Assembly: GCA_000934665.2 (NCBI GenBank)
Contig: KZ538205.1
Span: forward strand, 62,001 to 103,703
Reading direction: 5' to 3'
DNA from: Catajapyx aquilonaris
Taxonomy: Eukaryota
DNA: 41,703 nt
Shown: positions 1-13,520 of the stretch, in pieces
How the letters are laid out: each line of letters starts with the position of its first letter
Numbering within the stretch: the stretch's first letter is position 1
Notes under the pieces: model-generated
Seen by the model: the letters and a program-made list of their open reading frames with translations, nothing else
Databases searched by the model: none
What the model was told of the DNA's origin: nothing
Made by a program: the position numbers and the translations under genes

Positions 1-2176
1 GATGGGGTGAATAGTCATCGCCAACTGTCTGGGATTTTTATGCAGACATGCAATGCACTCTCTTTCTGAGGCCTAATTTGTGGCACGAATAATGCAATTT
101 TTTCCACAACTTGATGAATAGATGTGTAGAAGCTCAGCAGGAACTTTGACAAATAAAAAATATCACTGTGCAGGACAATAGTGCAATCTACTAGGCTTAA
201 TAAAATATCACACTGTTTTTATGCTCTTATGACTGCTGATGTCTTCACTTAAGTATTAAAGACATATTTCAGAACACATGAACGAAAGGTAACTTGAAAT
301 TTAGATTTGAGGGAACCACAGTATTTATTCGTACTAGTATATTGTAAGTTAAATTGGTTAGGTTTTAGCTTCAACATGAAGAGTGCATGTACTGTACGTA
401 CAGTATGTGGTATAAGGTAAAATTCAGTCGCGTTTATGTAAAAAAAATAGCACCTTGCCAGCTATACATTTTAGAAACGTGATATTTTTAGCCGTTGTGA
501 ATTTTGCCTCTGGACCATCTAGGCTCCGAAAGACATTTACTGATACTATAAAATGTGTGAAAAAGAGTGTCGCGTCAAGGTCCCTCTATTTTTACATCCG
601 GTATAAAATTGTACTAAAGTAACCCAGGAACAATTTACTACTCCTCAACAGGATAGGACGCCAGCAAGAAGGAAACACTGTAGAAAAGATATGACGAAAA
701 ATGTACTTCCTTATCTGCATAAATTGTTTACGACCACAGTACATTTGCGTGGTATATACGATCCAATTTAAAGCATCTCATCTTTTAATATCATTTTCCA
801 GCATTGAGGCAGGAACCTTTCCCATTTAAAAAATCCACCCTAAAAATGAATGAAATTGACATTGATCGCCCTTCTCTCCAGTACCTTCCATGCGGTTTTA
901 CGTAACGCCCCTAGACATAAGCTCAAAAGTTAAATATTTCATGAGCGACCCAACCCATCCATGACGTATTTATGGTGCTAGCTGCGGTAAACAGGAAGCA
1001 CAGAGATCATTCAGCAGCACTTTTTAAAAATCATCTAGTCCTTGAACACAGAAAAAACCTTACCCCCCATCAGCATCAAAGCTTGATCTTCCCTTTTCAG
1101 TGTATATCTGTTTTTTTTTTAAAAAAAAGGAGCAAGATATTCTGACCATCGGGCTTTTCAATAGGCCAGATCGATCCTCGGAGGCCCACGACGGGGAAGA
1201 TAGTAGAGACGGATGCAGAAAAGTGCCTCCTGAATGTGGCCCGGAGAAAAAAGCAGCCGGATTTCTGTCACTCTCCGCCCAAGATGGCCTCGTTCTAACG
1301 AAAGAGAACCACCGAGGTTTACCCTGAAAACGGACTGCTGCAACCACTTGAATGCTAAATCAATTGCAGTGGCCAGCTCCAACCCCCCAAAAAACTGAAT
1401 GAGCGGTAGAGTGTTAAAGCACGTAATGGGCTCTACTTTACAAAGTTAGTGAGTGGGAAATGTTTCCAGCTTTGAAACGGCGATCTAAAGGAATGTCCAG
1501 TCCCCCGGAGCCAATCATATTACACCTCATGTATTTCAAAACCGACGTGTGCAGTGCTTCACTTTGAATGCGAATGTTTCGGGTGCTGATACTTGTTTAG
1601 CGAAGTTGCTCTCGGTCAATGAAATACGTAGATTTTAGCCTTGGTTTTACTCGTGGGAAGGATTGAAACCTCTGTGGGAGATGTTTCCTGTCTTGTTACC
1701 TGCACCAAGATGCATTATTTAGAGATTTGGGAAAAGTTGAGGCCCACCTGTGGTCTGATCCAGTACAATATTAATGTGCCAGTATGGGGAGATGTAACAC
1801 ACTTCCCAATAGGACATCAATAATGTATTACTACTCTCCTGTAACGTCAACTAGTTACACAATTTGTGTAGATTCAACAGAAAAGGTAACACCTGTTGGA
1901 TTAAAACTGCACCAGGAACGCTATGCATACAATGGATTCCACCACAGTATGAAATAAATTATGTAATGACATAATGTGCTGCCTGAAATTTAGGTATTGC
2001 CCTGCTGCAGCTTCCGTCGTTGCAAGCACACCACACCAAACCCTGACCAAATGATAAATATGCATAAATAGATACTGATGTTGTATTCTTGTACAGTATT
2101 TCAATCGAGTACATTTGCGTGTAGGCTTCTGTTCTAAGATAAAAGGTAATCCCCACAATAATTACTAATCTATTAC

Positions 2177-2416
2177 CTTTTGAGAGAAATTCCTGGGATT
2201 GAAGATGGAAGTCTGGTTTTCCGTATGTCTCCACTTTGCACCTGCTTGAAAATAACTCTCGAGGGTGTAGTGGTAGCACATTGCACAGGTTTCACTCCGA
2301 AAGTAAAGGAGCGGGAGGTTGCGATTTCCAAAGCGGCACGTGGCCTGGTTATTGTCTGGAATTTCATCGATGTCGGAGCTCCTGCTTCCAGTTGCCCATA
2401 GGAGAAGCACAGGGAC
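2177..2416 (-). CDS. Exon 2 of a signal-peptide protein, probably the extended N-terminal ectodomain of a class B (secretin/calcitonin-receptor-like) GPCR; gene continues beyond the left edge
   Basis: Acceptor tttccttggcag|GTC and donor AAG|gtaata bound a 240-bp phase 0-0 open exon: VPVLLLWATGSRSSDIDEIPDNNQATCRFGNRNLPLLYFRSETCAMCYHYTLESYFQAGAKWRHTENQTSIFNPRNFSQK. It starts with the tail of a signal peptide, has a CR...F...TCAMCYxY Cys motif and two N-glycosylation sequons (NQT, NFS). The family call is from recalled similarity to invertebrate calcitonin-receptor-like proteins, not from a search. Confidence 0.7.
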
Positions 2417-4930
2417 CTGCCAAGGAAACATCACATTAGAATATTAGCACATATTGATTCAAACACTACTTTTTATGATTATATTGCAGCTGTCTCTTCT
2501 CTTTAAGTGGTGCATATAATTTGTAATAATTATTGTACAGTATGGTCTATTTGAGAGATGTAAGGTATTACTAGGTGCACAAGACACCCTTGCAATCGAA
2601 GGCACTATTTCACAAGCATGTCTTTGTTAATTTGTGTCAAAGGATACAAATTGGTTTATTACACTTTCCCCCTCCAAGAGCAGTCTCATTTAATCGTGCT
2701 TCTCAGAGGGGGGTAAGGTGGCTCATGTTTCAAAAGAGAGAGCTACCGGAGTAATGTGAAGATTACCTTGAAATAGGAGTAATCTGTGGGAACGAGGTGC
2801 ATGATGTGCACTGTTAAGCGTTTCTCGCCTCTTACACAATTTTCGCTTCTTCGGTGTCGGGAAAGGATTTTTGCTTGTCATCCTGAACACGTTCATTGCG
2901 TGACGAAATTCGCAAATACATCACATTTCACCTCCAGCATATTAATATGCACATTCTAAAAGGCAATATGTAACTGTAAGAACTTCTAGAACTCCGCCTT
3001 TTTTTTTGAAATGTAACCAGCCATATTCTGCAGGCGACTTTTTTTAAGCATACATCAAAGTGAAGAATGTTTAAAAAAAATAGTGGGACGTTTTCTCCCT
3101 TCAAATTGGGGGTTGACATGTCTGAGCTCTTTTAAAAGTAGGAGCGGGAAAGGCTTTCAGTACCAGAGTACATTTATCTCAAAAAAATAATCTCATTAAC
3201 TACCGTTAAATTGTCTACTGTATTTTTTCAGCCCTGTAGCAGCTTCGGTTGTTTCATCATCATTGTTTTTCCTGCATAATAAAGTCCCGGTATAAAAGGA
3301 AGGCCAGGGCCACTACTACTAAAGGCAAAATCTAATTTCACCCCGAGTCAACACAGTAGAGAGAAGAACGCACCGGAGCAATTTGTTTTCATGCAAAATG
3401 CGGGGAGACGGTAATAGCTGCAAATGACTCTTTGCGGAGTGGCCGAATGTTTCCACTACTTGTTGATTCAGACCCTTGTGAAGTTACTTTTGGCGGTCAA
3501 AAGTTTGTACCAAAATTACTCAGCACGGAGAGACCTTAGCCGACATCGTAGTCCGCAATGTTCATTTGGCCCGTCTCAACTGACTCCACGGGACTAATTG
3601 GGCGGCGGGCAAATTGCTCCTATATCACTGTATGTTGACACTATAGTAGATATCTAGAGGATTGCATCGTCCTGGTTGTTGGGAGAGGACCCCGTGGGGT
3701 CTGGATAGCCAGGACTTGACGTCTAAACCAATTTACAAACCCAATTTCCCGGTAAGAAGTCCTTGTCGCTCAGAGAATGCTCGATGCTGACAAAAGGAAG
3801 CCCCCACAAAAAAAAAAAACCTTTTTTGGGTTCACTTTATCAACTGTAAAGGTTTTCTCATTCCCAACCACGTTCTCAACAAATAAACGTAGTGAGTGGA
3901 ATCAACTCCTTTTATATTCTAACAAATTCCATTAAGCATTGCTGTTGGGCATGCCAAGATAAACCGCAATTTGTGCATTACCAGCCCATAATTAGTAGAA
4001 TTAAAAATTTAAATAAACTGGCGCAGGCGATTACGTAGTCCTTCAGTGAAGGACTGAGGAGGTTTCCGTGTGATTTATTTAAAGTAGGAGGCCGATGTCC
4101 TTCAAGATTCACAAAGAACTGGTGGAATATTATTATCATGTACGGTGACATTTACCACTTAGGTCGCATGGAAGGTATACTGGAAAGAAAGAAGTTTCAA
4201 TCTTGATGTAGGAGATGATGTCTGTAAGGCACGCCATTTGTCGCTATATAAACATGCCAGGCAGACCTTTGCATGATATGCTGTAAATATCTTTTTACAT
4301 GTAGGTACGTAGTGCGAGGACTTTTGCTGCGGCATTTCTATATTTTATATATGTAAAATCTAGTAACCACATTTTAGTTAAAATGATGTAAGTTACAAAG
4401 AATGGAATGCTACCTCACTAGTAGACTACGTAAATAAAGTGCTGCATAATAGTGCAAATTGGGATAGTTTCAAAATGTCATTTGACAAGGTGTAATTTTT
4501 GCACTTCTATTTATCGTAATTTGGCCTGTGCATACAAAATTTACAGAGAGAAAGTGTTTAAACTTGACCATTTCTGGTTTTCAGACCATGGCCCATTTAT
4601 GTCCTGATGCTATTTTTCGGTTTGAAAATGAACGTAAGCAATTTACGACTTGCAATCTCCGTTTGATATCGACCGAAAAATATTATACTGTGGAGCTCCC
4701 CTGAAATTAATACCACCCTTTTAAGGACAGGTATTGCATATATCCTGATTTTCACGTACGCAATATCGAATAAAGCCGCAGAAACCTGCTCCGAGGCAAA
4801 TGAAAGAGATAAAGAAAATGAAGTCAAGAAGGAAATGAAATTCCTGCAGATTCTGATCAAAAGGGCAAAACCAGGGGCACCGGAAACCTTTGTCCTTATT
4901 TTTCTCCCCCTGCATTGCAGCTCACACACA

Positions 4931-5105
4931 CAGGGTGGTGCACTGCCCAATACCTCATTATTTTCAACATGGGGTTTGGTAAAGAAGTTGTGGAATTATT
5001 TACTCCAGCAACCGTGCCAGCAACCAATCACAACAAGCGAATTGTTGCTGGATTAAACAATTATTTTAAAAACGTCTAATTTGAATTGATTAGTGCAACA
5101 CCCTG
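4931..5105. mobile_element. Short Tc1/mariner-type MITE
   Basis: Imperfect TIRs CAGGGTGGTGCACTGCCCAAT and ATTGATTAGTGCAACACCCTG; right flank TA, left flank CA (degenerate TA TSD); non-coding interior. Confidence 0.55.
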
Positions 5106-5348
5106 TATACCGGTCTTTTACGCCCAGAAGAGGATTATCCGAAATTGGTTCCGCCTGAATTCGCATTAAACGGTCCTGCACATGGCACGAATGCAGTGGC
5201 TGGTCCTATTGTTGGGTGAGGTTTAGATATCGACTGCGACACACTGTGGGCCTGCTAATTGATGCACATGATGGGGTGTGTTTGAGAGTCTCTTCGTTTC
5301 GCGCATAATTGGTCCAACTAGAGGTTTTTTTTGAGAGGGGGGGGGGGG

Positions 5349-5357
5349 NNNNNNNNN
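5349..5357. other. Assembly gap (9 N) following a poly-G run
   Basis: N bases in the sequence. Confidence 0.99.
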
Positions 5358-6169
5358 TCCGAAATTTTCTGCCGGCGGCATTCCCATACCGTTATCCATG
5401 GGGAACGATGCGATTTTGAGCCAAGTGAATTGCTATCCCGATGGCTACTGTGGATGATGGCCCATTTAGTCCCAGCTCACTCTTGCAGCAGGGGCCGACA
5501 CCTGCATGCATGCTCATCAGATGCACTCACTTAAATATTTACTTTTCGCGTCCATCATGGCCCGCCTGACGAAAATGGACTCTGAACTGATAATAATGGA
5601 CGATTTTGGCGGGACACAAGGCTTTTTAATGTCGTTATCACACTCTCGCCATGGCTACATGCCTACATCACACCACCTAACAAGTTAGTACTATACCACG
5701 CCACTACCACGCACAGGATTAATTCAGTGTTGCTGCCTCTTTGTTGTTTCATTTATGGCAAATGCCACATTCATTGCATATGCTGCTGGGTTCAAATTTT
5801 TAAATTAAACAATTAATTAAACAACCATATGATACACCGTAGATAAAACTGCTTTAGGTTGACTCATGCCTCCCCAACAAACAATCAGATCCTCCAAAAC
5901 GCCCACGGATCTCACCTGATTATCAAAACTGACATTATATTACTGCTCAAAGGCTCTATTCTACCTGATTGAAAAATGAAATGTCATAACATGACAGGTA
6001 GACCTATTATGACGTTACATTTTTATAAAGGATTCAAATGGTGTGCGTAATCTACTTTACGTGCAGGATTGGCATCCTTTGAACACATTCCATCGAATAT
6101 CCGCGGCAAATAATGATGCTGTTAACATCATGAGCAATGCTAATAACATATACGTATAATGCGAAATAT

Positions 6170-7310
6170 TACGTTGCCGGCCATTACATTTTGCATCGCG
6201 AAGCTCGCTGAATTTGTCATATAGCCACAGCCATGCCATTGAGCGAAGCACTTTCCAGGTATATGGCCCGTGTTATATGCCATGCAGGGCATAAAGGCGT
6301 TTGGCCAGAACCGTGGTGGTGCAAATGTGAGGATGAGAATCATACATTTTAAGTAGAACTAGGCGGAATTAAAGAATTTAAGGTTAAAAAGCAGGGTCCT
6401 TCGCAACCGGAATAGCAGTTGGGCTTTATAACTTGGCGCTTGGATGGAATTATGGTCGAATGTGCTCGTATAATACGCCTGGCTGTTAGACATGGCCTCA
6501 TTGCTTTCGACGGGTATGGCGAATCCATAAACCTAATGGAGTTTCCCTCCGCGAATATTTTGCATTCAATATTGGAAAGGAATATGGTCCATTCCGCGGT
6601 GAAAATGTTCCTGAAGACAACGTCGCAGGTTTCAGAATAAAATGGAAACGCATATTCTCACTCGTTCTGCGGCTTCACCATTTGCTCCTGACAGGTCTCG
6701 TGACGTCCGATTTTCAGATGAAAATAACATCTGAGAGGAAAAGTACTTGCCTATTCATCCGTGTGGCTTCAATTAAGATCACGGTGATGTAATCAACCAT
6801 GGATGGGATAGTTTAACCGTTACTGTCAATAATGGTATAATACAGTGTGGTTCTCAATTACTTTGGATATTCGTTCCGGAATAATAGGCCATTCTCAGTT
6901 CCTGGCAGAAAATTTGCATTTATAAAGTATCTTGAGAAAGTAATTCTTCCTTCATGAATGCATAAGTATCAGAAACAGAGTTCGGCATCACATGGAAAAT
7001 AAACTTTCTGATCTCAGTACCTGCCAATCAAATTTTGCTCCAAAACTTCACCAAGGAAACTCCACTGAAAGACAGCCTCAAGTCTGAAGACTAGGCTGCA
7101 TTGGGGTATTAGCAACAATAATGGGTTTGAACATGGTAATTTACCTTTGCCAATTAGTGCTTATGTATCGAAGAATATTGTTACGTTTGCATCCTTGCGG
7201 TGGACCTCCAGGTGACCTTCGTCCCTACAGGTTTTGCTGATAGATATTTTTTTTTCTCGGGACGGCAGTGTATACCCCTCTCTTAAACCTAGGATTTGAA
7301 CAATCTGAAT
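6170..7310 (+). mobile_element. Decayed LINE reverse-transcriptase relic
   Basis: Collinear degenerate RT motifs across frames: CIAKLAEFVI (after an RP-like motif), QLGF (6416-6427), LIAFD, ILHSILER (SYL..R-like), GI/HMENKLS (LG+.+D..L-like). Many stops and frameshifts; read by eye. Confidence 0.45.
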
Positions 7311-8539
7311 ACGGTGTAAGTGCAGTGGGATTTAAGTTCTGGCACAAAGACAAAGCCGACCTGTAGTTGTCTTTAATCCGGACGCAGCATCCCGGCATTA
7401 ATTCGGACCAAGGATACATTGTGTGGGAAACAAAGGGCCGAGCAGCGTGTTTCCAGTTTGACTACAGCAGGACATAAAGCTAGCAGTAGAGTACATAGAC
7501 GCCCACCAGGGTGATATTTTGACCTTGGCAAAATCGGTCGACTCAAAACAAACAAAGGCGTTTACGAGCCCCTGACGTTGGATCTTGGCCGAGAGCTATG
7601 TCTAATCAGTGAACCACGGACTTGTTTTCTTTCATCTGCGGACTTTGTGGTCTTCCGACCGAGGCACATGCTACATGCTACCCCCCGACCTCCATCCACT
7701 AACCCGACACTCGTTTTTGAGGATTCGTTTTCATTATTTCCTTTGATGGTTTCCTCCGGATGAATATTGGGACCTCGAGAGACACACAGACACAGATGTC
7801 ACAAAGCTTGAAGCCATGAGCAAGTCTTTTCAGTTTTTGTCCGGCACAAATCACTGCTAGATTATTACATAATATATTATACTGTAGTACAGGATCTGGA
7901 AGAGGGGTGTATTCTCCGATTTATAAAAATCCTAATACTGTAGCAGGCTGATCGTCCCTTTGATGTCATTGTTATTGTGACTGCTCAATACCGGAAGTGC
8001 ATGTTTACAATTTCGGAGTATGCATCACTGAATGTAGCTCATGGATGCGGAAATTGAGAGTGAAATAAAACAGTAACACCCCTAGAAAACTCACGCGAAC
8101 ATAGAAAACCCATCAGATCTCTTTACACACGAGAAAGTTCTCTCTTTCTCTAAAAGTCTAAACTCTGGGATAGAATTCAGCACGAATTCAGCTGCAGAAT
8201 GGCAATGCGTAGGCTAATAATTCGGAAAAGTTTGCCATAGTGAGCAAACTTACGCAGGAAAAAAGTAGACCTACTAAATATTTATCATGGGATTAAGTAA
8301 GCATATTGAATAATATATTAAAGATCTCGCTTAATCTGTTTAAACATTTATGCATCGAATGAATTTATTTTAAAACTCATTCCGCATTTCTGACCCATGA
8401 TATGAAAGAAGGATTAGCACTTATTTAATGGGATTTCGCACAAAGGTAACAGTATTCAATACTACGTAATTTCAAAACTTTGACGGCGAACATGAGATTC
8501 GCTGGCTTCAGTTTGATAATAATTTACACTTTGGACCTA

Positions 8540-8760
8540 CATTACCGCCGTCGCTTAAATGTTGACTGGGATTGATGGATGATTGGGGAAGCCAAAACAT
8601 GGGGGTGGGTGAGATAGGAAGAGAAAATTTCTGAACAGTGCAGCGGGAGGAAACAGGATAACCAGAGAAAACCCACGCGAACACGGAGATAGCCTCTGGA
8701 GACTCTTCCCACTGCATTGGAGAAATCGTCCAGTGTCAGACCCGGAGAGCGAGCGTAAAT
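8540..8760 (-). mobile_element. SINE fragment with a V-domain-like core
   Basis: Minus strand 8688-8645 reads CTCCGTGTTCGCGTGGGTTTTCTCTGGTTATCCTGTTTCCTCCC, close to the conserved SINE core GTGGGTTTTCTCCGGGTACTCCGGTTTCCTCCC. Boundaries are approximate. Confidence 0.55.
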
Positions 8761-8959
8761 ATTGACTTGACCTGCCAAGGTTTTTTTCACTTACAATGCC
8801 AGATAATTTGTGTTAGAGTACTTGACAACAAAAATATTACGGCCATGCTGTCATTCATATCCTGCCATACATTTTGTGGCAAAAAGTGTTGCTATGCAAA
8901 ACATGATGCGAGACTTAAGATAAGCGTTTGTACAACGAATTTAGGACATTATGTGCTCT

Positions 8960-9520
8960 ATTCACAGTCACAATATTGGCAATGTCAACGATCTAGCTGC
9001 GGGCATTTGACTGCTTGGATATGAAACGTATCCGGAAGAATCTATAGGCTTAATGTTAATGGGGAAGCTGGGAAGAGGGTAGGGACATCATCGATCGTTA
9101 GAACAAATCAGACAGCAGACTTTCTGTGAAGCTCTCTGGTTCTGCGGAAGACGACCTGAGGCTTCCACACAAATACCCCCAAGCTTTCATATTCCTCTGA
9201 AAAATGGGATCGTTTTGTCAAGGTTTTGTTCCCGTCACCACGGAAACGAGATAGCTCCGGAGCCTACAATTTATCCTGAAGTTATATGCAACCCAACTGG
9301 CGTCGCATCTCTTGACTCGTTCGCAATCTCAGAAACATTGACTGATGGGGAGGGGGACGCCTAGGAAACATGATGGAATATTTTTAAACAGTACACAATG
9401 GCACTGTGTAGAACTATTTCTACAACTGGCATCGTTTAAAGTAATAGATACGTGCATTGCTGGCATGGGAGTAGAACTGTTGCACTTTATAGCTGGAGGC
9501 CATTTCTTTCCTTTTATTTC
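8960..9520 (+). mobile_element. Decayed LINE reverse-transcriptase relic
   Basis: DLAA/AFDCLD (8990-9021, frameshifted), NVNGEAG, SDSRLSVKLSG, YPQAF (VPQG-like) and KLYAT (YADD-like) occur in the expected order. Confidence 0.4.
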
Positions 9521-10014
9521 AGTGATACGGCTGCGAAATTGCATGGTTAAAAGTTTTGCAGACCGTTAAGATGTTTCTCATTGGCAAAGTTTGCGCTTCG
9601 GAAGGACACTTTCATGAAAAATAATTATCGTTGCGACCTTTTATAGCCTCAAGAGGAATAATAAAGTGTGACGGTTATGGGAAAAAGTAAGGGGTCAAAT
9701 TATACTACACATCCAAGATCGTCAACACTAAAGTTGACGGTCAATATTTGGCCTTTGCCGGCATGAGTAGGTGCAATGCTATTAATTTGTTGTACATAAT
9801 TACCGCAAAAACATTTCCCATTTTACAGTAGGACAATATACAGTGAAACTATTTAACAATGTAATATTTCAAATACTTGGCCGGCTCTGTTATATTTGGT
9901 GTTCCTGTGTACAGTGCTTACTGTAGGTGTTGTCATGTAGGTGACTGTAGTCAAAATGCAGTACTGTACCTGCCGACTATGGCATTTCGTTATACTATGA
10001 AACGTGTTTGGTGC

Positions 10015-10027
10015 ATAACTCCCACAA

Positions 10028-10102
<75 letters not shown>

Positions 10103-10148
10103 TTTACCCCTTTGCTTTATGTACACATACCTATAACTCCCACAACAT
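10015..10148 (-). mobile_element. Extremely 5'-truncated non-LTR retroposon insertion with a (TAAA)n(TAA)n tail and 16-bp TSD
   Basis: Exact direct repeat ATAACTCCCACAACAT at 10015-10030 and 10133-10148 flanks a (TTA)n(TTTA)n tract (10031-10106) plus 26 unique nt. Confidence 0.7.
10031..10106. repeat. (TTA)n/(TTTA)n microsatellite
   Basis: Directly visible tandem repeat. Confidence 0.97.
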
Positions 10149-10239
10149 GTTTCATGCACTAACTGCTGCACTTTATTGTACTGTATACTCTTCGTGTTTA
10201 AACAACGTACGAATACAATTTTTCATCTGACCATATTTT

Positions 10240-10560
10240 GGTTTCCACGTTTCTGATTGCGCTATGAAAGGGTAGCCAGTTACATTTTTCTAGTAAAGCA
10301 AAAAAATATCCGCTTATTATAGTTTATGAGCGAGTAATGGGAAGGTCAGAAGAATTAAGTTAACGAAAAATATACATTAGTAATTGCGAAGAAGTTTGTC
10401 TTGCAAAGCAAGTTATGATATCAAATATGTCTACCATTAGGTATGTGCGTTCTCTCAACGTTTCCAAGCCGAGGCTGCTAAGGAAGGCATCATTAAGATG
10501 AAATTCACTTCTTGAAGATATTCTTTCTCGTACAATTACATGCTTGTTGGAAGACAATGC
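10240..10560 (-). mobile_element. Decayed CR1/L2-like LINE ORF2 C-terminal relic
   Basis: FLSSLGLETLRERTYLMVDIFDII...SSQLLMYIF resembles the L..L.L.TL..RR...D+.F++K...LL..I.F tail of CR1-clade ORF2. Confidence 0.4.
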
Positions 10561-13029
10561 CTCAGATATGCGAACTTTATAGTCGAAAAGCAGCTATACA
10601 CTAACATTCTTCCTTGCTTATAAAGCCATAGTGAAACTAATAGGATTTATTAGCTTGAAACTCCACAGCATATGACAGGAAACTGTTAAGGTATGACATA
10701 CACGAGCACATACCTGCAGTGATCGTTACATGACATTAGAAGATATATCCCCAAAGGGCCTGAGGGTGAAATGTCAAGCGACTAGTGTCCCCGCCAGATA
10801 CGACGACTATACAATACACTTTTCCCTCTCCCCCCATTCTGTCGCACACCAAAATCCATCTCCGATTCAACATCTCGAGCCTGTTGTTTCCGACACCGAC
10901 ACCATCCATCTGAGTCCAGGACAAGGCTAATTTGCGAGCAGACGAGTCTGCTGCTGGGTGCCTGACTAATGAAAAAGATGGGGGTTCCAGGGAATAAAAG
11001 AATACCAGAATTTCTCATCCTTGCCATCCCGCAGGACAAAAATGTGGATTCTATACCATGCCTTTTATTTTATCACATGTCAAGCTGGAAACGAAATATG
11101 AGATATGACGAGCCCGGATATGAACAAAATATTTTTCGTTTTCAGCACCGGCATTTCAAATTGATGGGTGGAAGTAAGCGCCTTCATTTGATTCCCTTTC
11201 AAATTCTGTGGGCGTTGATCAATAGTTTTTTACACACACACACACAAAAAAAAACATCGAATGCACAAGTTGCCTTTTTCCTCACCTGGCACGTGCTGAT
11301 ATCCGGCTGGGAATATTTCACCGGGCGATCCTTTTTCGTTGGCTGGTGTGAAAAATAGGCCTCTCCGAACCCTCTGTTTAAAACATCGCATGCAAACACC
11401 AGATAACGACTGATGCTGCGGTTTCCGGGCAGTATTTTGGTAGTGGAAGGAAACGGTGCGGCGCCTTCAAAGGGACCAGCCAGCTCTATTGTTTTGCGCT
11501 GTATTTATTTCTGCTGCAATATCTCTGCAGAACATGTATTTTAGTCGACGGGGATCTACCGCAACACATTGGCACTTCTGTAAATCGGAGATATTTACAC
11601 ATGCGGTGCATGGAGCATTGCCCTCAAAGAGACGGAGAAAAAAATACCTAATCATAGCTAAGTCCACATGTCTTTTCTCTGCATTCTCAAAATGCATGTT
11701 TTGTAAAAAAAAATCAATCGTGATGTGTAGCATGTCTGTGCTCATTTAAAATTAAACCTGCTTGCTTACTTACTCCCTAAAATAATATTATGTAAAATAT
11801 TAACAGACACTATTAAACATGAATATGGAGTCTAGGGGGAATGTGCCCACTCGCAATTCATGTGCTCTTTAGTTACTGTACCGTATACGCCGCATGATAC
11901 ATGCAGGAGAATGCAGATACAACACTGTTTGCCTAAATTTAACGTAAACTTTAAACACAGTTTACTGTATGCCCAAAACAGATTGCCGCCTACAGATTCT
12001 GCCAATTTCTTATTCAACGATTATAAAAAGTGATGCACTATTCTTTGAATAATTATGCGTGGTCACTTGCACATAATTATCCGATAGTTTACACATTCGG
12101 TAGTGGGCAGTTCCAGACAGCTGCTGTTTCTCATGGCGGTGCTCCTGTGAATGATAATAAGCCCTGGCAGCTTCCATACAGTGCTAGTCATGGGCTCAAA
12201 TTCCATCCCGGTTAATAAATTTCCCCCATACGGATCGCCAGGAGAGTGACCTGCCGAAATCGTCCGGATTAATCCTACAGGGATTTAACACCCGTTAATC
12301 ATTTTGTAGGTCACACTTTTGTGAACCCATTTGAGTAGGTTACGATTAACGATTGGAACCGTAATCTCTACGGGGCACTTTAAAAGCACGTTCATTGGTG
12401 GTGTGCTTACCCGGATAATCCGGGACCCGCTACATGCAAATTGCGGACACTTCACTGATGCATGCGTAACCAGTTCAGGGATAATACAATATTTTTTCCT
12501 ATAAAGAACCTGACTTCTGCAAGTTAATAAGTGCAGGCAATTTTTGGGAGAGTCATTTGCTGTGAAAGATTGTTTCCGGGCTTATGAGCTGGTATGACTG
12601 TCACGAAGGCATATTTACGTAAATGGCCCTTTTTCCAGTTGCGGATTAATAGCTAAACATTATTACCAAGGCGATTAGGTATTAGCTCTTGTTTGTAAAA
12701 TGGCCTGTGCAGCGGGAAAAAATACTGCCGCATTATGACAACAGGATAAATAGTCATTATAGCTTCAAATAAGGATTATTCGATTGGAGTAGAAAAATAC
12801 GTTACCCTATTTGCATTGCTAATCATCATATTTGTCGTTGAAGGGCGGCTCTATTTGTTCGCAGTATTAATATCGTTCTAGTTCCGTGTAATCCATCTCG
12901 TCCATAATCATGCAAAATAATCATAATTTACAGAGAAAACGGGTGCTAATGGTAGTATAACTCAGGACTCGCCAGAGTAAATGAAAATCTATCTATATAG
13001 CAGCATTAAAAAATCGTATCTAGCAAAAA

Positions 13030-13520
13030 CTTTGGACGAACTTTGATTTACAAGTCCTCTTAGCGGCGACATGAATACATCTTGCATGGGAGGAATATTT
13101 CATCTTATGACATAATGAAGAATAATTGCTTCTCCGATCTACAGTGTTATAGTCTAACTTTGGCTATTTCTTTGCAATGTGGAACATTTCCTGTTGCAAA
13201 GATGAAAAAGCATCAACCGACCAAAAATTATAAGCTGCCAGTGACTTGCATGACGAGTCTTCAGAGTCTCTCAGAAGCTTCCATTCCCAAGCATAGCAAA
13301 AGACCAGTCAAAGGAAATTGAATAGCGTCAAGTAGTTATCCGTCTTCATTAAGGTCCAAACGACTAGTTCTCAGGAAACCGCTTTTTCTTCCAACGCTGC
13401 AAATGGGTAGCTCGAACCGTCCGCCACTAAATGTCTCAGATGGTCCGAAAAAATGGCTATTACTTTTCTACTTGACCTGTTCCTGAGCGAAAATAAGAAG
13501 AGTGCCATCGTTCGACGGGA
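13030..13520 (+). mobile_element. Decayed LINE reverse-transcriptase relic
   Basis: ISLQCGTFP (SL..G.FP), KNYKLPVTCMTSLQSLSEASI (NYRPISL..K+.E), VFIKVQTT (GF+KG+ST) and AITFLLDL occur in order. Confidence 0.5.

Noticed and set aside
1060..1382. Cluster of overlapping ORFs in a GC-richer patch, considered as exon 3 of the GPCR-like gene
   Set aside because: No frame contains the expected Cys-Cys or CP..WDG motifs, and I found no convincing acceptor/donor pair in phase 0.
9877..10230. 117-aa ORF with a poly-Leu 'transmembrane' stretch
   Set aside because: The poly-Leu is the translation of the (TTA)n microsatellite/retroposon tail.
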